A stretch of DNA of 64,000 nucleotides from Lama guanicoe (GCA_013239625.1 MU053810.1:1871518-1935517); one strand, 5' to 3'. Numbered from the stretch's first letter, positions 22,701 to 36,427 are shown. Notes: a model not told the origin generated them from the letters alone. Made by a program: numbers and translations.

Positions 22701-25421
22701 CAAAATGCCTGTGGGAACTCATTGTCAAGTTGCTGTCCAGAGCATCTGAGTTGCTGTGGCTGACTTAGGTCACGTTAACGAGATGAAGACTTTCACAGGG
22801 AAAAGAATTCTGAAAATAAGATAGAGATATTTTGTTTAAAATGTACTGGACTTACAGAAACAGGCTTTCTTCCTCCCTTCCTTCCTTTCTTTTCTTCTTT
22901 GTTGCAAAGATGCAGCTTTATTTATTGAGTACAATCAATTGCTCTAAGAGCCTGTTGGATTTCAGTACAATAACGGAACACACTAAACATGCTCTCAGCA
23001 GCAGTGGACGACTGTGGATACTCAAAATAAGTCAAATTTAAACAAGAGCAAGTCAGGACTTAAAACTTCTCTGAGTTTCACAAAGCAGAAGTGGAAGTTA
23101 CAAATTCCCTTAATAGCAACTACTGTTAATGGTAGCTGAAAAAGTTAGGATGAGAAGCTAAGAAGGACCTGGACACTGATCCAAGACTGATGTCCTTGTG
23201 ATCCCAGTTTACAAATCATTGCATCTTCGTTTTGTGACTAGGAGCCTTCAAACCTTTCTTCCCCAGGAGAGGACAATAAAGTCATTTGGTAAAGCAAAGG
23301 ATATATGATGATAAACTACTAAGACATTTATGTCCTCACTCAATTTCACCCACTTGAGTGAGATGCAGAGTCATCTCAATGAGTACAAAGTCATTACGTA
23401 AAGCTGAGAAGGAATTAAACATCTAGGAATTTCAAAATACAATGCAGACCAGTAAAGGAAGGTCCATAAATTGTGAGCAATGTCACGACACACTTGCTCA
23501 TGGCCAATGAATGAGCATTAAATACGATGACTTCAAAGATTTTGGCGACAAGATCCGATAGAGGGAAATTATTGTCATTCCACTCATATTTTCCATGTGA
23601 CAGTTTATTTCAGTACTTCCAAATAGAAAATTATTACTAGAGTGATCTAAAGATGTGAGCTCAAAGGAGAAAAGGAATATTTTGGAATTTGTGGAGGTCA
23701 CCACTGCTGTGGAAGATGGTTAAAAGATGCTTCATTAATAGTCTTCATGTGTCAACACCAAGCAAGAGGCACATAGACAAAAAAAAAAAAAAAAGAGAGA
23801 CACATAGACACAAAGTGGCACCATCTTAAGAAACTTCAGATGGGAGCAGGGCCACCATCCAAGGATGATTGGTTCCCTTGATACAGCACTGTGCTAGAGA
23901 CATTGTAATACTGAGGACCATTTAACACTATCATTTTGAAAATCGTATGGCAAAGGTCTAATACAAGCCAATATGAGCCGTCTGCTTATTTCCCTTTTAT
24001 TGTGGGTATCTTGCAATCTACTTCTCAGTAATTATGATCTCAGTGCCTTTGCAGCCTCATGCGTTTTGTGCCATTAATACATCTATTAGAATTGGGTCCT
24101 AACAAGTTCCACTGTTACAGTATATTGGTTTACTGTGTGGGTTTCTGCATGGAATACTGTACCTTTAAAAATAGTAGCTAGAAAACTCATGGGAAAAGCA
24201 CAGAATAATAAGTGCTCTTTTAGCACACTGGGTTGTTCTTACATATTTCCTTCTCCTTCTTTGAGAAGGAATGGACCCCCAGTTTATAGGAAATTTGAAT
24301 GAGGCACCCTGATTCATTTCCAGCTAGATGGGAAGGGAACAAAATTATAGGATAAGATAATAAACTGACCTCATAAAACATCCTCAAGCTAAATTATTAA
24401 CAGTCCACAAATATACAAAACTGAATAAATGTCCACATTATTGTTTCAAAAGGGATGCAGTGATGCAAACTTATGAAGACTTCTTTCTAGAAATATGGCT
24501 TAAGCAAGAATCTTGTAAGTATTAGGTGATTCAGTACATCATTTGAAAACCATTTTAGTCTAATCAGACCTGAATTGATCACACTGGACAGTAAATAAAT
24601 ATTCAAAGCAAAATTACTACATAAGTATCAAGAACTTTATTCTGTCATAGTTGACTGAACAGCATCAGATAAATGTTAAACTAAAGGAAGAAAATAACAA
24701 TTAAATGTAATCATTCTCCCATGACTGATCATTTGAAGTTTTATGATATTTACTATAATCTTTTCTGATACTGTTAAACATAGTTTTTTAGGTCTTAGAA
24801 TTTCCTCTAGAGCCTGAATGTCCCCAGTTTTGTTTGTTTATTTGTTTGTTTATTTATTTGTTCTGTTTTACTTTTTTTTTTCACTCTAGAGCAATGGGTT
24901 CTTACTAACGTGTTACTGTGATTCTGTGACTCGGTGAAATTTTTCCTTCTGTCATGCTGTGAGGTGTAGCATCCATAGCAAAGACTCATCACTGAGATCT
25001 TCCACAAAGAGCAGCAAGGAAACAGCCCCAAACAAGGCTGCAGGGCTGATGTGAGAAATGTCTCATTCAAATGTGATTTCCCACATGACACAGCACCAGA
25101 AAGGTTCCACTGGACCATTGAAACAGGAAACGGTTCTGTGAATAGAACTGCCAGGGCACAAACAAGATGTCTCGAGAAAATAGGTTTATTCTTGTTAGGA
25201 GGAAGATAATCTTCTTTGCTGGACTTCAAATATGGGATATTTCTCAGAGAGGGATAAAGTTCTAACAGATACTCGTTAGCACAAAATATACCCTGACATG
25301 TAGAATTTCATTGCTTCAGAGGAGGAGAAAGAATTCAAAGAACACCTACAACTTCCCACCTGTAACTTTCCTTTAACTCATGACACTCTTCCCTTTTTGT
25401 ATTAAACATTTAAAAATTTGT

Positions 25422-25479
25422 TCATAGTGGTAGAGCACGTGCTTAGCATGTACGAGGCCATGGGTTCAATCCCCAATAC

Positions 25480-25514
<35 letters not shown>

Positions 25515-25559
25515 ACCTAATTACCTCCCCCATAAAACAAAAACAAAAACACAAACAAA
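25422..25559 (+). mobile_element. Vic-1-like SINE, 5'-degenerate, with internal (CAT)10
   Basis: AGTGGTAGAGCACGTGCTTAGCATGTACGAGGCCATGGGTTCAATCCCC..(CAT)n..AACCTAATTACCTCCCCC and an A-rich tail. Confidence 0.88.
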
Positions 25560-26049
25560 TCTTATTTATAAACTTTGTTATCCTGTCCTTCAGAATAATC
25601 ACTGATATTACTTTTTGTGAATCCTCCCTTTTTAGTAACGGTGGGTACTGCATCATTGGACTTATTTGCATAGTTTCATGAAAAGGCAATTAGCTGTCTT
25701 ATCAGTCTTGAACCCCAACATCCCAGAATAGAGGAATCTGAAAGCATCAACAGAACACAAAGAGTTAATCATCTTCATAAAATTGAAAAATGTCCCTCCA
25801 ACCGTCCCCTTGAAGTTAGGTGACAGAAACTGCGGTCTCTTTCAAAAGTCATACCCCAGAGTAATCCATTTCTGTTTGAGTCCATGACATGCTTCTCTCA
25901 GACCTTTCCACGCGCTAGTGTGAAGACTCCAGTATAGTTATCAGATGCTGTTCATTTAGCTGTTAACCATGTAAATCCTCCAAGTTCCTTTTGGGGAAAA
26001 AATGTATTCTTGAAAATGACAGAGTTCTCATATCATATTATTTTATATA

Positions 26050-26275
26050 AAGACAGTATCTACAATTTATGTAGCAGTCATCAAGCTACGTTTTTCATTT
26101 AATTTTCACTGGGTTGCCATGAGATTGGTATTCTGGTAATCCCCATTTTATAGCGAAGGATACTGAAGTCAAGAAATGGTAAATATCCCGCCCTAGAACA
26201 AGTAGCCAGCAAATAACAAAGCCAGCAAATTCAGAAAACAAATTTGAAACTAGATCTATCTAATTCATAACTATT
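26050..26275 (-). mobile_element. MIR SINE
   Basis: ATCCCCATTTTATAGCGAAGGATACTGAAGTCAAGAAATGGTAAAT core. Confidence 0.7.
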
Positions 26276-26449
26276 ATAAATCCAGCTGCCACAAGAATGT
26301 CAGTCCACAATGTTTTATTTTTTTACTTTAGGTTATATAGGGTTGAACCTGATTGTTAACAGGTTAACAGATAACAGCAAAATTATCTTTTCAGGGTGTT
26401 ATTCTGAGTAAAACACTCCTTTAAGATGTCTCCAGGGTTTCTCCTTCTA

Positions 26450-26960
26450 GATTTACCTTCTCCTGAAATCAAACAATTGGGAAAAAACTAGACAAAACAT
26501 GTGAAAAAATGGCTTTAAGACACTGGGTATCAGGCATGAAGAAGTGTTCCTGAGATCTGGGAAATGGATGGGATGGGCTTCCCTCCCTGCTTGGAGAGGA
26601 CTCCAGGCTGTTAGTGCAAGGGAGGAGGTTGTGTCCCTTGAAGGGACTAAGCTTGGAGTCTGAAGAGGTAAAGAAGACAAGACTTCACAAGGCAGAGGAC
26701 CAGAGAGAAGCCTGCACAACAAGAGAATTCAAATCTACAGAGCTTCCTGTTGGGATATTTAGCAAAACTGTAATATTAGGAAGCCACCCAAGGCTAGAGA
26801 AAGAACCACCAGAAAGACTACAGGCAGGACTCCTCTGGGCAGAGCACAGAGATGGAAATAGGGCTCACACTCGAGGGACAAAAGGAAGGATATTCAGGGG
26901 AGTCTTGCACAGTGCTGGAATGAAGTCAACCTCAGACTAAAAGCTGCCGTGGCCCCACCT
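26450..26960 (+). mobile_element. Old L1 5'-region fragment (L1MC/L1MD-like)
   Basis: AAGACACTGGGTATCAGGCA...GCTAGAGAAAGAACCACCAGAAAG...CTCAGACTAAAAGCTGC. Confidence 0.55.
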
Positions 26961-29353
26961 TCCTTTCAAATGTGGTCACACTTAGGATCTGCCATGTGCA
27001 TCTGTGTGATGGCTGCCTGCAGTAGACACGTGAGGCTGATCAAAAATCATTGCTTTGTACAGGCGCAGAATCTCATTTTGGCTATCGTGGGACCTGAGAG
27101 ATGGAAGACATGGATTGATTAACTCAGAAATGAAATGATGTAGCAGAGCAGAAAGCTAAAAGGAAGCTTTTCCATGTGACTTATTTCTGGAATAAAGTGG
27201 GGCATAAACAGTAAAATTTTCCTCTGTTGTGTGCCAGGAGGATTCTCCCATAATCCTTAGTTTCTCGGTGTGGTTATTTCTCTCTTGACTTTCCTCTTAG
27301 GTTTCTGTATTTGTATCCTAAAGGAGCAGGGATGTGATTTGTGACACAGTTCTGAAATGAAAGCAGGTTCTCACCTGCAAGATATTTGGCCCTTACCTAC
27401 ACTGTCCTCTCAACCACATGCAGCATCTCCAGTGAGGAGCTCTATTAAGACTAACAAGAAAGTTGACTACAAGCTTCACGCAGAAAATATTCCGCCATCA
27501 TAATCTGCTGGTCACACATCCAATGTGTGCTCAAATTACGGATGGTTCCATGGTCACTGGGTAGATAAACTGGACCCAAATTTGGTAAGACAACCCAAGA
27601 GGTCACTTCACAGAAACAAAACACTTGAGAATCTAATCTGGGTTATACACTTTCTTCTTAAGGTAACATCAGAGGTGCCAAGAGATGGAGGAAAAATTGT
27701 CCTAGTTTTGAACCTCCCCAACTGCTAAAGGAGGGGTCCTGGTGACACTGAGATGAACTGGCAGCTCTACAGCCATTTGCCAATGCAAGTTACTATTTTC
27801 AATAGTATTTCTTCAAAGGAAGGAAGCCTGTTGTGTCTTGTGGGGTCCCTTTGCTTTTGGCTTTACTTCATGCTATAAAAATGCCTCTACTGTTTGGTGT
27901 GTAAAATAAGGGATGGTGAGTTATGAGAGTTTCAGGTGTAATAAACCTCTATGTCACAACCACATTACTAGCATCTACTTACTGGCATTGCAAACACCAC
28001 GGTCCTGCACAGCGTTCCAACATCACTGTCATCAGCAGGGCTTAGACTAATAGAACGCACCATGAACAATAGTAAACAGTGATTCCATCCTCTGTTGATT
28101 AGAGAAGGAAACATTGTTAAATGAGCTATAACCAGTGCAATCATTCTTGCACACCATTCTTGCAGCAAGATGGACTCTTTCAAAGTTTTCAAATTCTATG
28201 ATCTTTCTTCACATGCCCATCCAGCCTGCCCATGCATAACAGTCAATCATCTTGTACTTGGAGGAGTTCCCTGGAATAGTTTGCTTTTTTTTTTTTTGCA
28301 CCAGATGCATGCAAATGGTGTTGCTTCCATTGTCTTTAAAGCAGGTACTTCAGGATTTTTACCTAACCAGTTTTCCCCATATGCCCAACAGAATGGCTTT
28401 CTCATAAGACATCACATAGCACTCAGTTCTCAAGATAATATGTGAGAGTGTCCGCGTAGCAATGGCAAGATTAGGGGAGCCGGACTTCTTAAGCGTTCGT
28501 TACTGATTACGCATGTGATAACGCATGGGTCTTGAGACTTCAAAGACACACACATATACCCTGCTCTCTTGGGTTCTCCACATAGCTTAAAAATTCATCA
28601 TATATCCAAGCTCCTGCAGCCTGAGATCCACACGTCTGACTTCTAAATGAAACATTTTCTGACACTGTGCTGCCATTCAAAGCTTTGGACATTTTTACCC
28701 CAAGGAATTTTATCTTGGGAGAAGTGGGGTTACAGGAATATTGATGAAGCATCCAAAGGTGTCTTCATGGAAATGAGTTTCCTTCTGAGATATTCCAGAG
28801 GCACATCAAAAGGAAAAACCAGTCACCTCTCATGGACACAGTCAACTTTGAACCATTTCTCTTTTAAGCTGGCTGATACCAGATATTAATTTTACTGTTC
28901 AAAACACACAGTTTCTTCTTGTTAATTGCTTTTCTTAGTGAGCAGTTTCCAAATTTATAAAGTTTTTCATAATAGTAACCAAAGCCTTTGGGAAATTTCA
29001 ATAAAGTTTGGAAAGATACTGCAATAAAAGAAAAAAAAAACCACATAGTTTCCATCACTCCATTTAGAATTTTATATTGTCATAAATAAAAGTGACCACT
29101 GAGAAACATTTTAGTTTTCTGGAATAAAAGGTCATCTATCATACTTTTTAAAAGTTAGTAAGAAATAGAAAAATAATTACCCATAATTTTATTACCCAAA
29201 GGAAATTATTTATGACATTTAAGTATAGTTTTCTAGTCTGTTTCCTATGAAATTTTAAAAGACTCTGATCATACGGTATATACAATTTGCATCATGCTTT
29301 CTTGAATGTAACATTATATCATGTGTTTTTTCATGTCATTAAAAAATTCTTTA

Positions 29354-29497
29354 GAGGGGAGGGTATAGCTCAGTGGTAGAGCATGCACTTGGCATGCACA
29401 AGGTCCTGGGTTCGATGACCAGTGCCTCCATTAAAGAAATAAATTAATTAAATAAACCTAATTGCCTCCCCCATAAAAAATTAAAAATTAAAAAAAA
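29354..29497 (+). mobile_element. Vic-1-like SINE inserted in an old minus-strand L1 fragment (~29130-29880)
   Basis: GAGGGGAGGGTATAGCTCAGTGGTAGAGCATGCACTTGGCATGCACAAGGTCCTGGGTTCGAT...AAACCTAATTGCCTCCCCCC and an A-rich tail. Confidence 0.9.
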
Positions 29498-29919
29498 TTT
29501 TTTTAATCCTTCAAAAAGACTACATGTGATTCCATTAACAGATGCTTCATAATTCATTAATCACATTCCTATTGTTGGACATTTAGATTATTCATAATTT
29601 TCTCGATTATTATTAATCTTTAGTAAACATCTTTAGATGTAAAACCATGCCAGAGTCCCAAATTAATTCCTTATGAAATATAAATTTGTGAAATTTTAAT
29701 TATGAGGTTAAAGTTGCAATCTTTAAAGCTCTTCACACATTTTGCCAAATTGCTTTTCAGCAAAAAATACACCAGTTTAAACTCTCTCGAGCTGGGTTTG
29801 AGAATAAGCACATCACTTTCTACCATTTACATCAGGTCATCTCATTTTTAAACATATTTGCTAATTTGATGAGTGAAAAGAATATCTGTCCAAAAGATAT
29901 CTGTTTTCTGAGCATTGCT

Positions 29920-30520
29920 CTATGGATTCAAAGCAACTCAGTAGAAGTTCCAATAGAATTTTTTCACGGCACTTGAGAAATGTATTCTTGAATGTGTATG
30001 AAAGAATAAAGAGCAAAGTGGAGCCTGAATATTTTAGAAGAAGAAAGATAACAAAGGCTAATTCTTCTTTGTTTGATAACAGCCCTTGTTTTGAAGCTCA
30101 AGTAATGAAAGCGATGTGGGAGCAACGTGGAGACAGACAAACTGACCAGTGTCACACGCAGCGTAGCAATAGACCCATTAAGACACAGAAATTGACTCAT
30201 GATAGCGATGCAGGGTAGATCAGTGGGAAAAGAAGATACTTTTCACTTAGAGGAGCTAGATAAATAATTACACATACTTACATAATAAAACAGGATTCTA
30301 TTTCTTCCCAAACAGAAAAAATCAGTTCCAGAAAAATTAGGACTTAAATGACAAATATGAACCTTTGAAATGTTTTAGTTTTATTGGCAAATATCTTGCT
30401 GATCTTGGGAAGAATATAGAGTTTTCAAAACAAGACTCCAAGAGCATTAGCTAGCCATAAGGCACTCATGAAAAAAGAATGATGACTCTAAGTCCATTCA
30501 AATTAAAATCTTCTGTTCTA
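29920..30520 (+). mobile_element. Old L1 ORF2 fragment
   Basis: AAGCTCAAGTAATGAAAGCGATGTGG...AGACAAACTGACCAGTG...ATAGACCCA...TCAGTGGGAAAAG...ATTAAAATCTTCTGTTC. Confidence 0.7.
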
Positions 30521-30533
30521 TAAGATCTAATCA

Positions 30534-31752
30534 TGTTACTTTGAGCAAATGATTTCACTTCTCTGTGCCTCGGTTTGTTTCTTGTAAAACGGGATAATAA
30601 TGATATCTATTTCATTGGATTGTTCGAGAATTAAGAGTTCTGAGAGTCAGGCGGATGCCTTCGGCGCGTCCGGTGCAGGGGGCTGAGGGCCGTGGTGGCT
30701 GCCAGCGTGGGGCTGAGCGAGGGGCCGGCGGGCTCCGCCCGGAGAGAGCGTTTCCTCCGCCCGCCGAGCCCCGCTCCCGCGGCGCCGCGACCTCGGTGGC
30801 GGCGGCGGCTCCCGGGGAGCGGGGCCGTGCGGGCCGCAAACCTGGAGCGCGCCGGCTGGACCGAGGCCGGTAGACATCTACAGGCACTGCCATGTGAGAG
30901 TACCTGAGGGGCTCCTGAACGACCCGTTGTGGCCAGGACCAGTGACCCTGGTGATGGAGCGCTCAGAGGAGCTCAACAAGGACCTGAACCCCTTCACTCC
31001 TCTTGTAGGCATCCGGATCCCCGATCATGCCTTCATGCAGGACTTGGCCCAGGTATTTGGGGGACCGCTTGCTCTCACCAGCGCCAGACTCAGCTCCCAG
31101 GCCAGCTCTCTGAAGGTCAAGGAATTCCAAGATCTCTGGCCTCACTTCTCTTTGGTCATTGATGGGGGACCAATTGGGGATGGCCAGAGCCCTAAATGCC
31201 GACTAGGCTCAACTGTGGTTGACTTGTCTGTACCTGGAAAGTTTGGCATCATTCGTCCTGGTTATGCCCTTGAGAGCATTACAGCCATCCTCCAGAAGTA
31301 CGGGCAGCTCCCCGACCTGGATCCTGCTCCTGAAACTCCTGAGGAGTGAGGGCCCAAGGACTGGTGCTGGACACTATGTGTCTGTCTCCTGGTGGCTGGC
31401 AAGGCCTCATTTGCATAGGCCACTGCGGCTGCAGTGTTACTAGTCTGACTTTTCAAGGCAAAGTTTCTTTCCCAACACTGTAGACCTGGCTTCTGATGCT
31501 GCTGGTTAAGCCTCACACCTTGGCTGGAGAAGTTTTATGTATTATCTGTAATTTCATGTATCAGCCAAAAGCTGAATAGACTTGAAGAACATTCCTAGGA
31601 GGGCCTTGTTTTGATAAGTTTCTCCTTCAGATTTTTGAAAAATAAATAACAAATTTGGAGTTTAAAAAAAAAAGAGTTCTGACAATCATAACATTCAGAA
31701 CATTTACTAAGAACATTTATTTGACATTTAATAAGCACTCAATAATTATTAC
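30534..31752 (+). mobile_element. MIR split in two (30534-30643 and 31672-31752) by the YRDC retrocopy
   Basis: Left half: CTTTGAGCAAATGATTTCACTTCTCTGTGCCTCGGTTT..TGTAAAACGGGATAATAA...GAGAATTAA. Right half: ...TAATAAGCACTCAATAA. Confidence 0.75.
30644..31671 (+). pseudogene. YRDC: YRDC (Sua5/TsaC t6A threonylcarbamoyl-AMP synthase) processed pseudogene
   Basis: ATG at 30655. VAASVGLSEGPAGS...LPGSGAV...RAGWTEA and RVPEGLL...PGPVTLVMERSEELNKDLNPFTPLVGIRIPDHAFMQDLA...GSTVVDLSVPGKFGIIRPG. Intronless. Frameshifts at ~30673, ~30869 and ~31314. AATAAA 31641-31646, poly(A), and TSD AAGAGTTCTGA at 30633-30643 and 31672-31682 at a TT/AAGA L1 endonuclease-type site. Confidence 0.96.
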
Positions 31753-33029
31753 CCCATTTTTATTGTCATGTGGAAGGTTGGCATGCTTTCTATAGTGAAA
31801 TAAAATTATCTCTATTATTTTCTTTGTGATTTTATAGGTTGACTGTAAAGTTGTCCCCATCTAGTCCCCACTGAGAAGTAAGACGCCCATGAAAAAAATG
31901 CTTTATTTTTATATACTGATTATTATTCATATATTTTACTTTTTCATGATGTAAAAGTTCATTTCAGAGCATGCTCTGAAAAATGGGCCTAAACATTCAA
32001 CGAATTGCCCAGGCATTATTTCATAATCCTTTACTTTCTCACGGATTCATATGAAGTCTAAATTGTAGAATCTTAAATTTTGCCTCTTTATTTTATATGA
32101 GTACCACATAATTTACTCTTTTTAGCTTTGTAGTAACTAGTTGGGGACAAGTCCTTCTGACAATTATCAGGGAAAATTCTTATGTCTCATTTTCATTTTT
32201 ATGAATCATAATTTTGATTTTTGAGGCTCCTTCCTGTCTCCAAGCACTGATTCCAAAACACACCAAATAAAAGCCCCAGAAGTTATCTAGCCATGTAATT
32301 ACAAAACCGATTTCAATCCACATTAGTCATTCAGTTATAAACAAGCCGAGGTCAGGCCTCTCTACTACGAAAAGCAACTGTAAAATATGTACTTGACAAA
32401 TACAGTCTGGACATTTGCTGCAAATAGACATCTTACTTTGCACAGAAATGAAAAAAAATTATGTGATTGCTAGACACTGATTTGTGAGATTTAAAATCAT
32501 AACATAAGCCCCAAATCATGAATGTAGAAAACATGTAGTGCCTGGCACCCTTCTGGAGCTAAGCTCAGTACTAGAACTAAAAAACTGTTACCTCCTTCTT
32601 AGCAACACATTGTGCAGAACCCTGACGGTGGACCTAAAATTAATGTGCTTGAATGTGCCGCTTTCTTAGACATTCATTACAAGGTACCTTTGATGGTCTG
32701 AAGAATTTCAAGAAGTTTTCTGAGACAGATGAGAACCGACATGAAAATCGCTATGTTGTAAATTCCAGACAGCTGAGTTTTGTTTTGTTTTGTTTTCTTA
32801 AAGTTTAAAGTTTGATAGTTCATCAGAATCTTTGGATGGTCTCATTAACAAGCCAACGTGCCTAGAAACATGAGGAGGTGGAATTAGCCTGGCTAAACTG
32901 AGGAATGTGGGTGTGACCTGAGAAAAACACTCAAAAGCATTAACCCGAAGCGGTCAACCTAATTCACTGCAGTCTTTTTGTTTGTTTTCCTTTGTTTTAT
33001 TTTTTTTTTACAGGATGAAGCTGGAAGTT

Positions 33030-33335
33030 CTACTTTTTTACGTACAATGTGTAAAGGTGACACTCCATTTACAGTCCTTACAAAATATTGGCTCTGATTC
33101 CCACACTTTCTGATGCATCCTGCTCCCCCACACCAATATTGCCTCCCACCCCTGATTTGTTCTCTGTATCTGTGAGACTGCTTCTCATTTTGTTGCATCC
33201 ACTAGTTTGTTGCACATTTTTAGTTTCCACATATAAATGGTATCATACGGTATTTGGCTTTCTCTGACTTATTTCACTCAGCATAATGCCCGCCAAGTCC
33301 ATCCATGTTGCTGCCAATGGCAAAATTTCATTTCC
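33030..33335 (-). mobile_element. Cetartiodactyl-type L1 3' end
   Basis: GTTCTCTGTATCTGTGAG...TTCCACATATAAATGGTATCATACGGTATTTG..TCTGACTTATTTCACTCAGCATAATG..GTCCATCCATGTTGCTGC. Confidence 0.88.
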
Positions 33336-33494
33336 CCCCTATTTTTATTAGGTTTGGGTACATCTTGCTTCTGGGAAGTGTCATAATCCATTATAAGCAC
33401 CTAAATAAAATGAGGAGCTAAAAAAAATCTCCCTTACCAGGACTAAGTACAAAATATCTCTGTTACAGGGAGCTCAAAATGTGATCCTTGCATG

Positions 33495-33690
33495 GTGTAG
33501 CAAGAATACACTGGATTAAAAATTTAAAAACCTGGTGTATCACTCAGCCCCTGCCCCTGAATCCATGAACCATGTTTGATATGTTATGTAACTGTTTTGC
33601 CTTCATTACCCTCACGCTTAAAACCAAGGGTCTGAACTAGCTGGTATTAACCCTACAGGGTTGGTTGTTAAGCACGTGAAGTGAATCCTT
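33495..33690 (+). mobile_element. Degenerate MIR
   Basis: GGTGTAGCAAGAATACACTGGATT...AACCCTACAGGGTTGGTTGTTAAG. Confidence 0.5.
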
Positions 33691-35814
33691 AATGAAAACA
33701 CTAGGTATTGTTATTTCCATCACTGAAATGTAGGATCCCATTGTTCAGAGCCCTCTCAGCCGCCCGCAGTAATCCAGTTTGTTCTACTAGAACTATCCAG
33801 TACTTTAAGTCCTTGGTGATCCTTGTCAACCCCTGGAAATCAGAATGGTTTGGGTCTCTTCCGCATGAGCATGAAGAAATCTTTCTTGCTCGTGCCATAC
33901 ACATTATAGGGCAAGGGGAGGAAAACTGAGTGCCATCTCTGAGACCTGTTACAATGTTTCATAGTTTTCTAGGAAAATTCTACCCATAATACTACTTTGT
34001 TCCTCCCATTGGTAGTATCCCTACGTGCTTGGGTTAAAAACCAAGCAGTTAAAAATCCTAGAAAGTGCTTCTTTTTCCCCGAATCCATTGTTTTAAATCT
34101 GTATATTAAATTATTTCACAAAGGATATTTTACTTGGTAAGAAAATGCAGCCTGCTAGAGAAGCCTAAGAGAAATTAACTTGAGCTAAAAGGAAGTTGGC
34201 CAATAAGACTTCCTCCCAATGATTCTCAAACATGGGACTCGTTTCTATGTAAACCCAGTGGAGGGAGATGCTGATGGTCCCCGAAGCTAGGAGAAATAGG
34301 CACATATATGTGAGGGGAAAGAAGGAGGGAAGGGTCTTAGGTGAGCAGTCAGCAGCCATCAGAATTTTTTAAATCCAGTTTAATCTAGTGGCTTAATTAT
34401 TCCTGATGTCTGGCGATTTTGACAACCTGCTGAAATATGACAAAGACAAGTGATAGAGCTGAAGGCAAGATCCTGTTTGAGACTTAGACCTAGAGAATGA
34501 CGGGGCAGTGAGGGCAAAGGACATGTCCTGGGAGAATTAAGAAATAGAGCTGGAACTCCAGACTTTTATTGCTAACTTGGGCATTTTAGGGGAGAGATGT
34601 AAACAGATGCATTCTCCCCTGAATTCACCATTGTCTCAACTGCTAATTAAAATCTTCCATTAGTTAATCTTAGGACTGTGAGGCAAGGGAAAAGAGCTTA
34701 AAGAAAGCTGTGGGACAAACTTCCTGAGCCCCTTAAGGGTTTGCTGGGGGCGAGGGGAGGAGATGAGGGGGATGCTTTTTGGCTAAACAAGAAAAGGATT
34801 TCCTTGCCAGTGAGCAAGTGGGAAACCTAAGCTAACTCATCAGCCTGCTAACTGCTGTTCAGCACTGGGCAAAATGACCAACAAAATTAGCAGCGCTGGT
34901 GAATTTCACCAGTAAACAAAATGCTACATTAGTGATTAATGATTTTTTAATTTTTTTTCTGGCTTGGAGTCCAGAAGCAGTCCCCATCCTATTATAAATA
35001 AAATTGTTATTAGTGGAGTTTTAACTCAAGCTGTCCAGGTTTTAAAGCGTATGGAATATTAAAATCCACATTCTCTTTTAATAACATTATTTTCTCTTCT
35101 TTTTCTTATAAAAGCATGTAGGTCCTATATGAAATTTTTGGAAGAGGCAAGCATGGGCAAAGATGAAAATAAAAATGCCCTAGAACCCCAAGATCCAGCG
35201 ATGAATTCCATTAACGCAGTCTGCATCCTTGTTGCCAGGAAAGGGTTACTTCACTTTCCTACACTTTGAAGAATGTCCAGTTAAAAGACACTCTTCATTT
35301 CCTGAAGCAGAAGTAAAAATCCTTAAAAGCACAGAAAGAGAACCAGAGATCAGAGAAGGATAACCAGGGACACCTGAGGGATTCGCTGCCTTCATCCAAC
35401 TCCAGCCAAAGAGAGTTTCCATTTGTATCGTGAATGGCTTTGCTTTGGACCGTACCGAGGGAATGGTTATAACCAGCATCACAAACACTTGTTTATTCTT
35501 TTCCCTTATGGTCTACAGACCTCCTGAAACACAGATGCAAATCAAAGAATGTTCTAAACAATGACATACTTTTCCTCCAACATCAGGTGGATAAAAATGT
35601 TGTATTATGGAAAAATCAATTCTTAGCCAGGAAATAACAAAACAGGAACTCTTGTACTTGGCTGGTGGAAGTGTTCACTAGTGTAACCACCATGGAGAGC
35701 AGTTTGTCAGTATCTAGAAAAACTGAAAATGGGTCCCCTGTGTCTCAGAAATTCCATAACCAGTGATGTTTCTAGATTAACTCTTGTTAACATACACCAG
35801 TCGACCTTACAGGA

Positions 35815-36010
35815 GCTGATGCTGGGTGAGGCACAGTGTTGTGCTTTTTAGGTGTAACTCTTCTAACAATCACAACAACCCCCAAGACAGATGGGTTTTA
35901 TTGTAGATGCGTTGCTGCAGGCTTGAGTAGATGCTAAAGTCACGTGGCCAGCACATGGCCAGTCAGGATCTAACCCAGGCAGGCTGACTCCAGAGCCCTT
36001 TCTCTGAACC
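35815..36010 (-). mobile_element. MIR
   Basis: AATCACAACAACCCC...AAAGTCACGTGGCCAG...GGATCTAACCCAGGCAGGCTGACTCCAGAGCCC. Confidence 0.7.
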
Positions 36011-36042
36011 CCTAGTCTTGACTGCCTTCAGTGGTCTCATCA

Positions 36043-36427
36043 TCGGCACTAAATTGTGTCCTCCCCAAAATTCATATGGTAAAATCCTATCCCCAGTACA
36101 CCTCAAAATGAGACTGTATTTAGAGAGAGGGTCTTTAAAGAAATAATTAAAGTTAAATGATGTCATATGGATGGGTCCTAGTCCAGTATGACTAGTGTCC
36201 TTATAAGACACAGGAGAGACACCAGGGATACACGTGCACAGAGCAAAGGCCATGCGAGGACACAGGGTGGGCAGCCACGCACAAGCTGAGGAGAGAGACT
36301 TTGGGAGAAACCAAACCTGCCAACACTTTTGTCTTGGACTTCCAGGCTCTGGAACTGTGAGAAAATAAACTTGTTAATAAGCCACCCAGCTCTGGTATTT
36401 TGTTGGGTAGCCTTACAGACTAATACG
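36043..36427 (+). mobile_element. MLT1B-like LTR
   Basis: AATTGTGTCCTCCCCAAAATTCATATG...GTCCTTATAAGA...TTGGACTTCCAGGCTCTGGAACTGTGAGAAAATAAA...GACTAATAC. Confidence 0.9.

Noticed and set aside
25402..25689. ORFs with poly-Met or poly-Ile runs
   Set aside because: Artefact of the (CAT)n microsatellite in a SINE.
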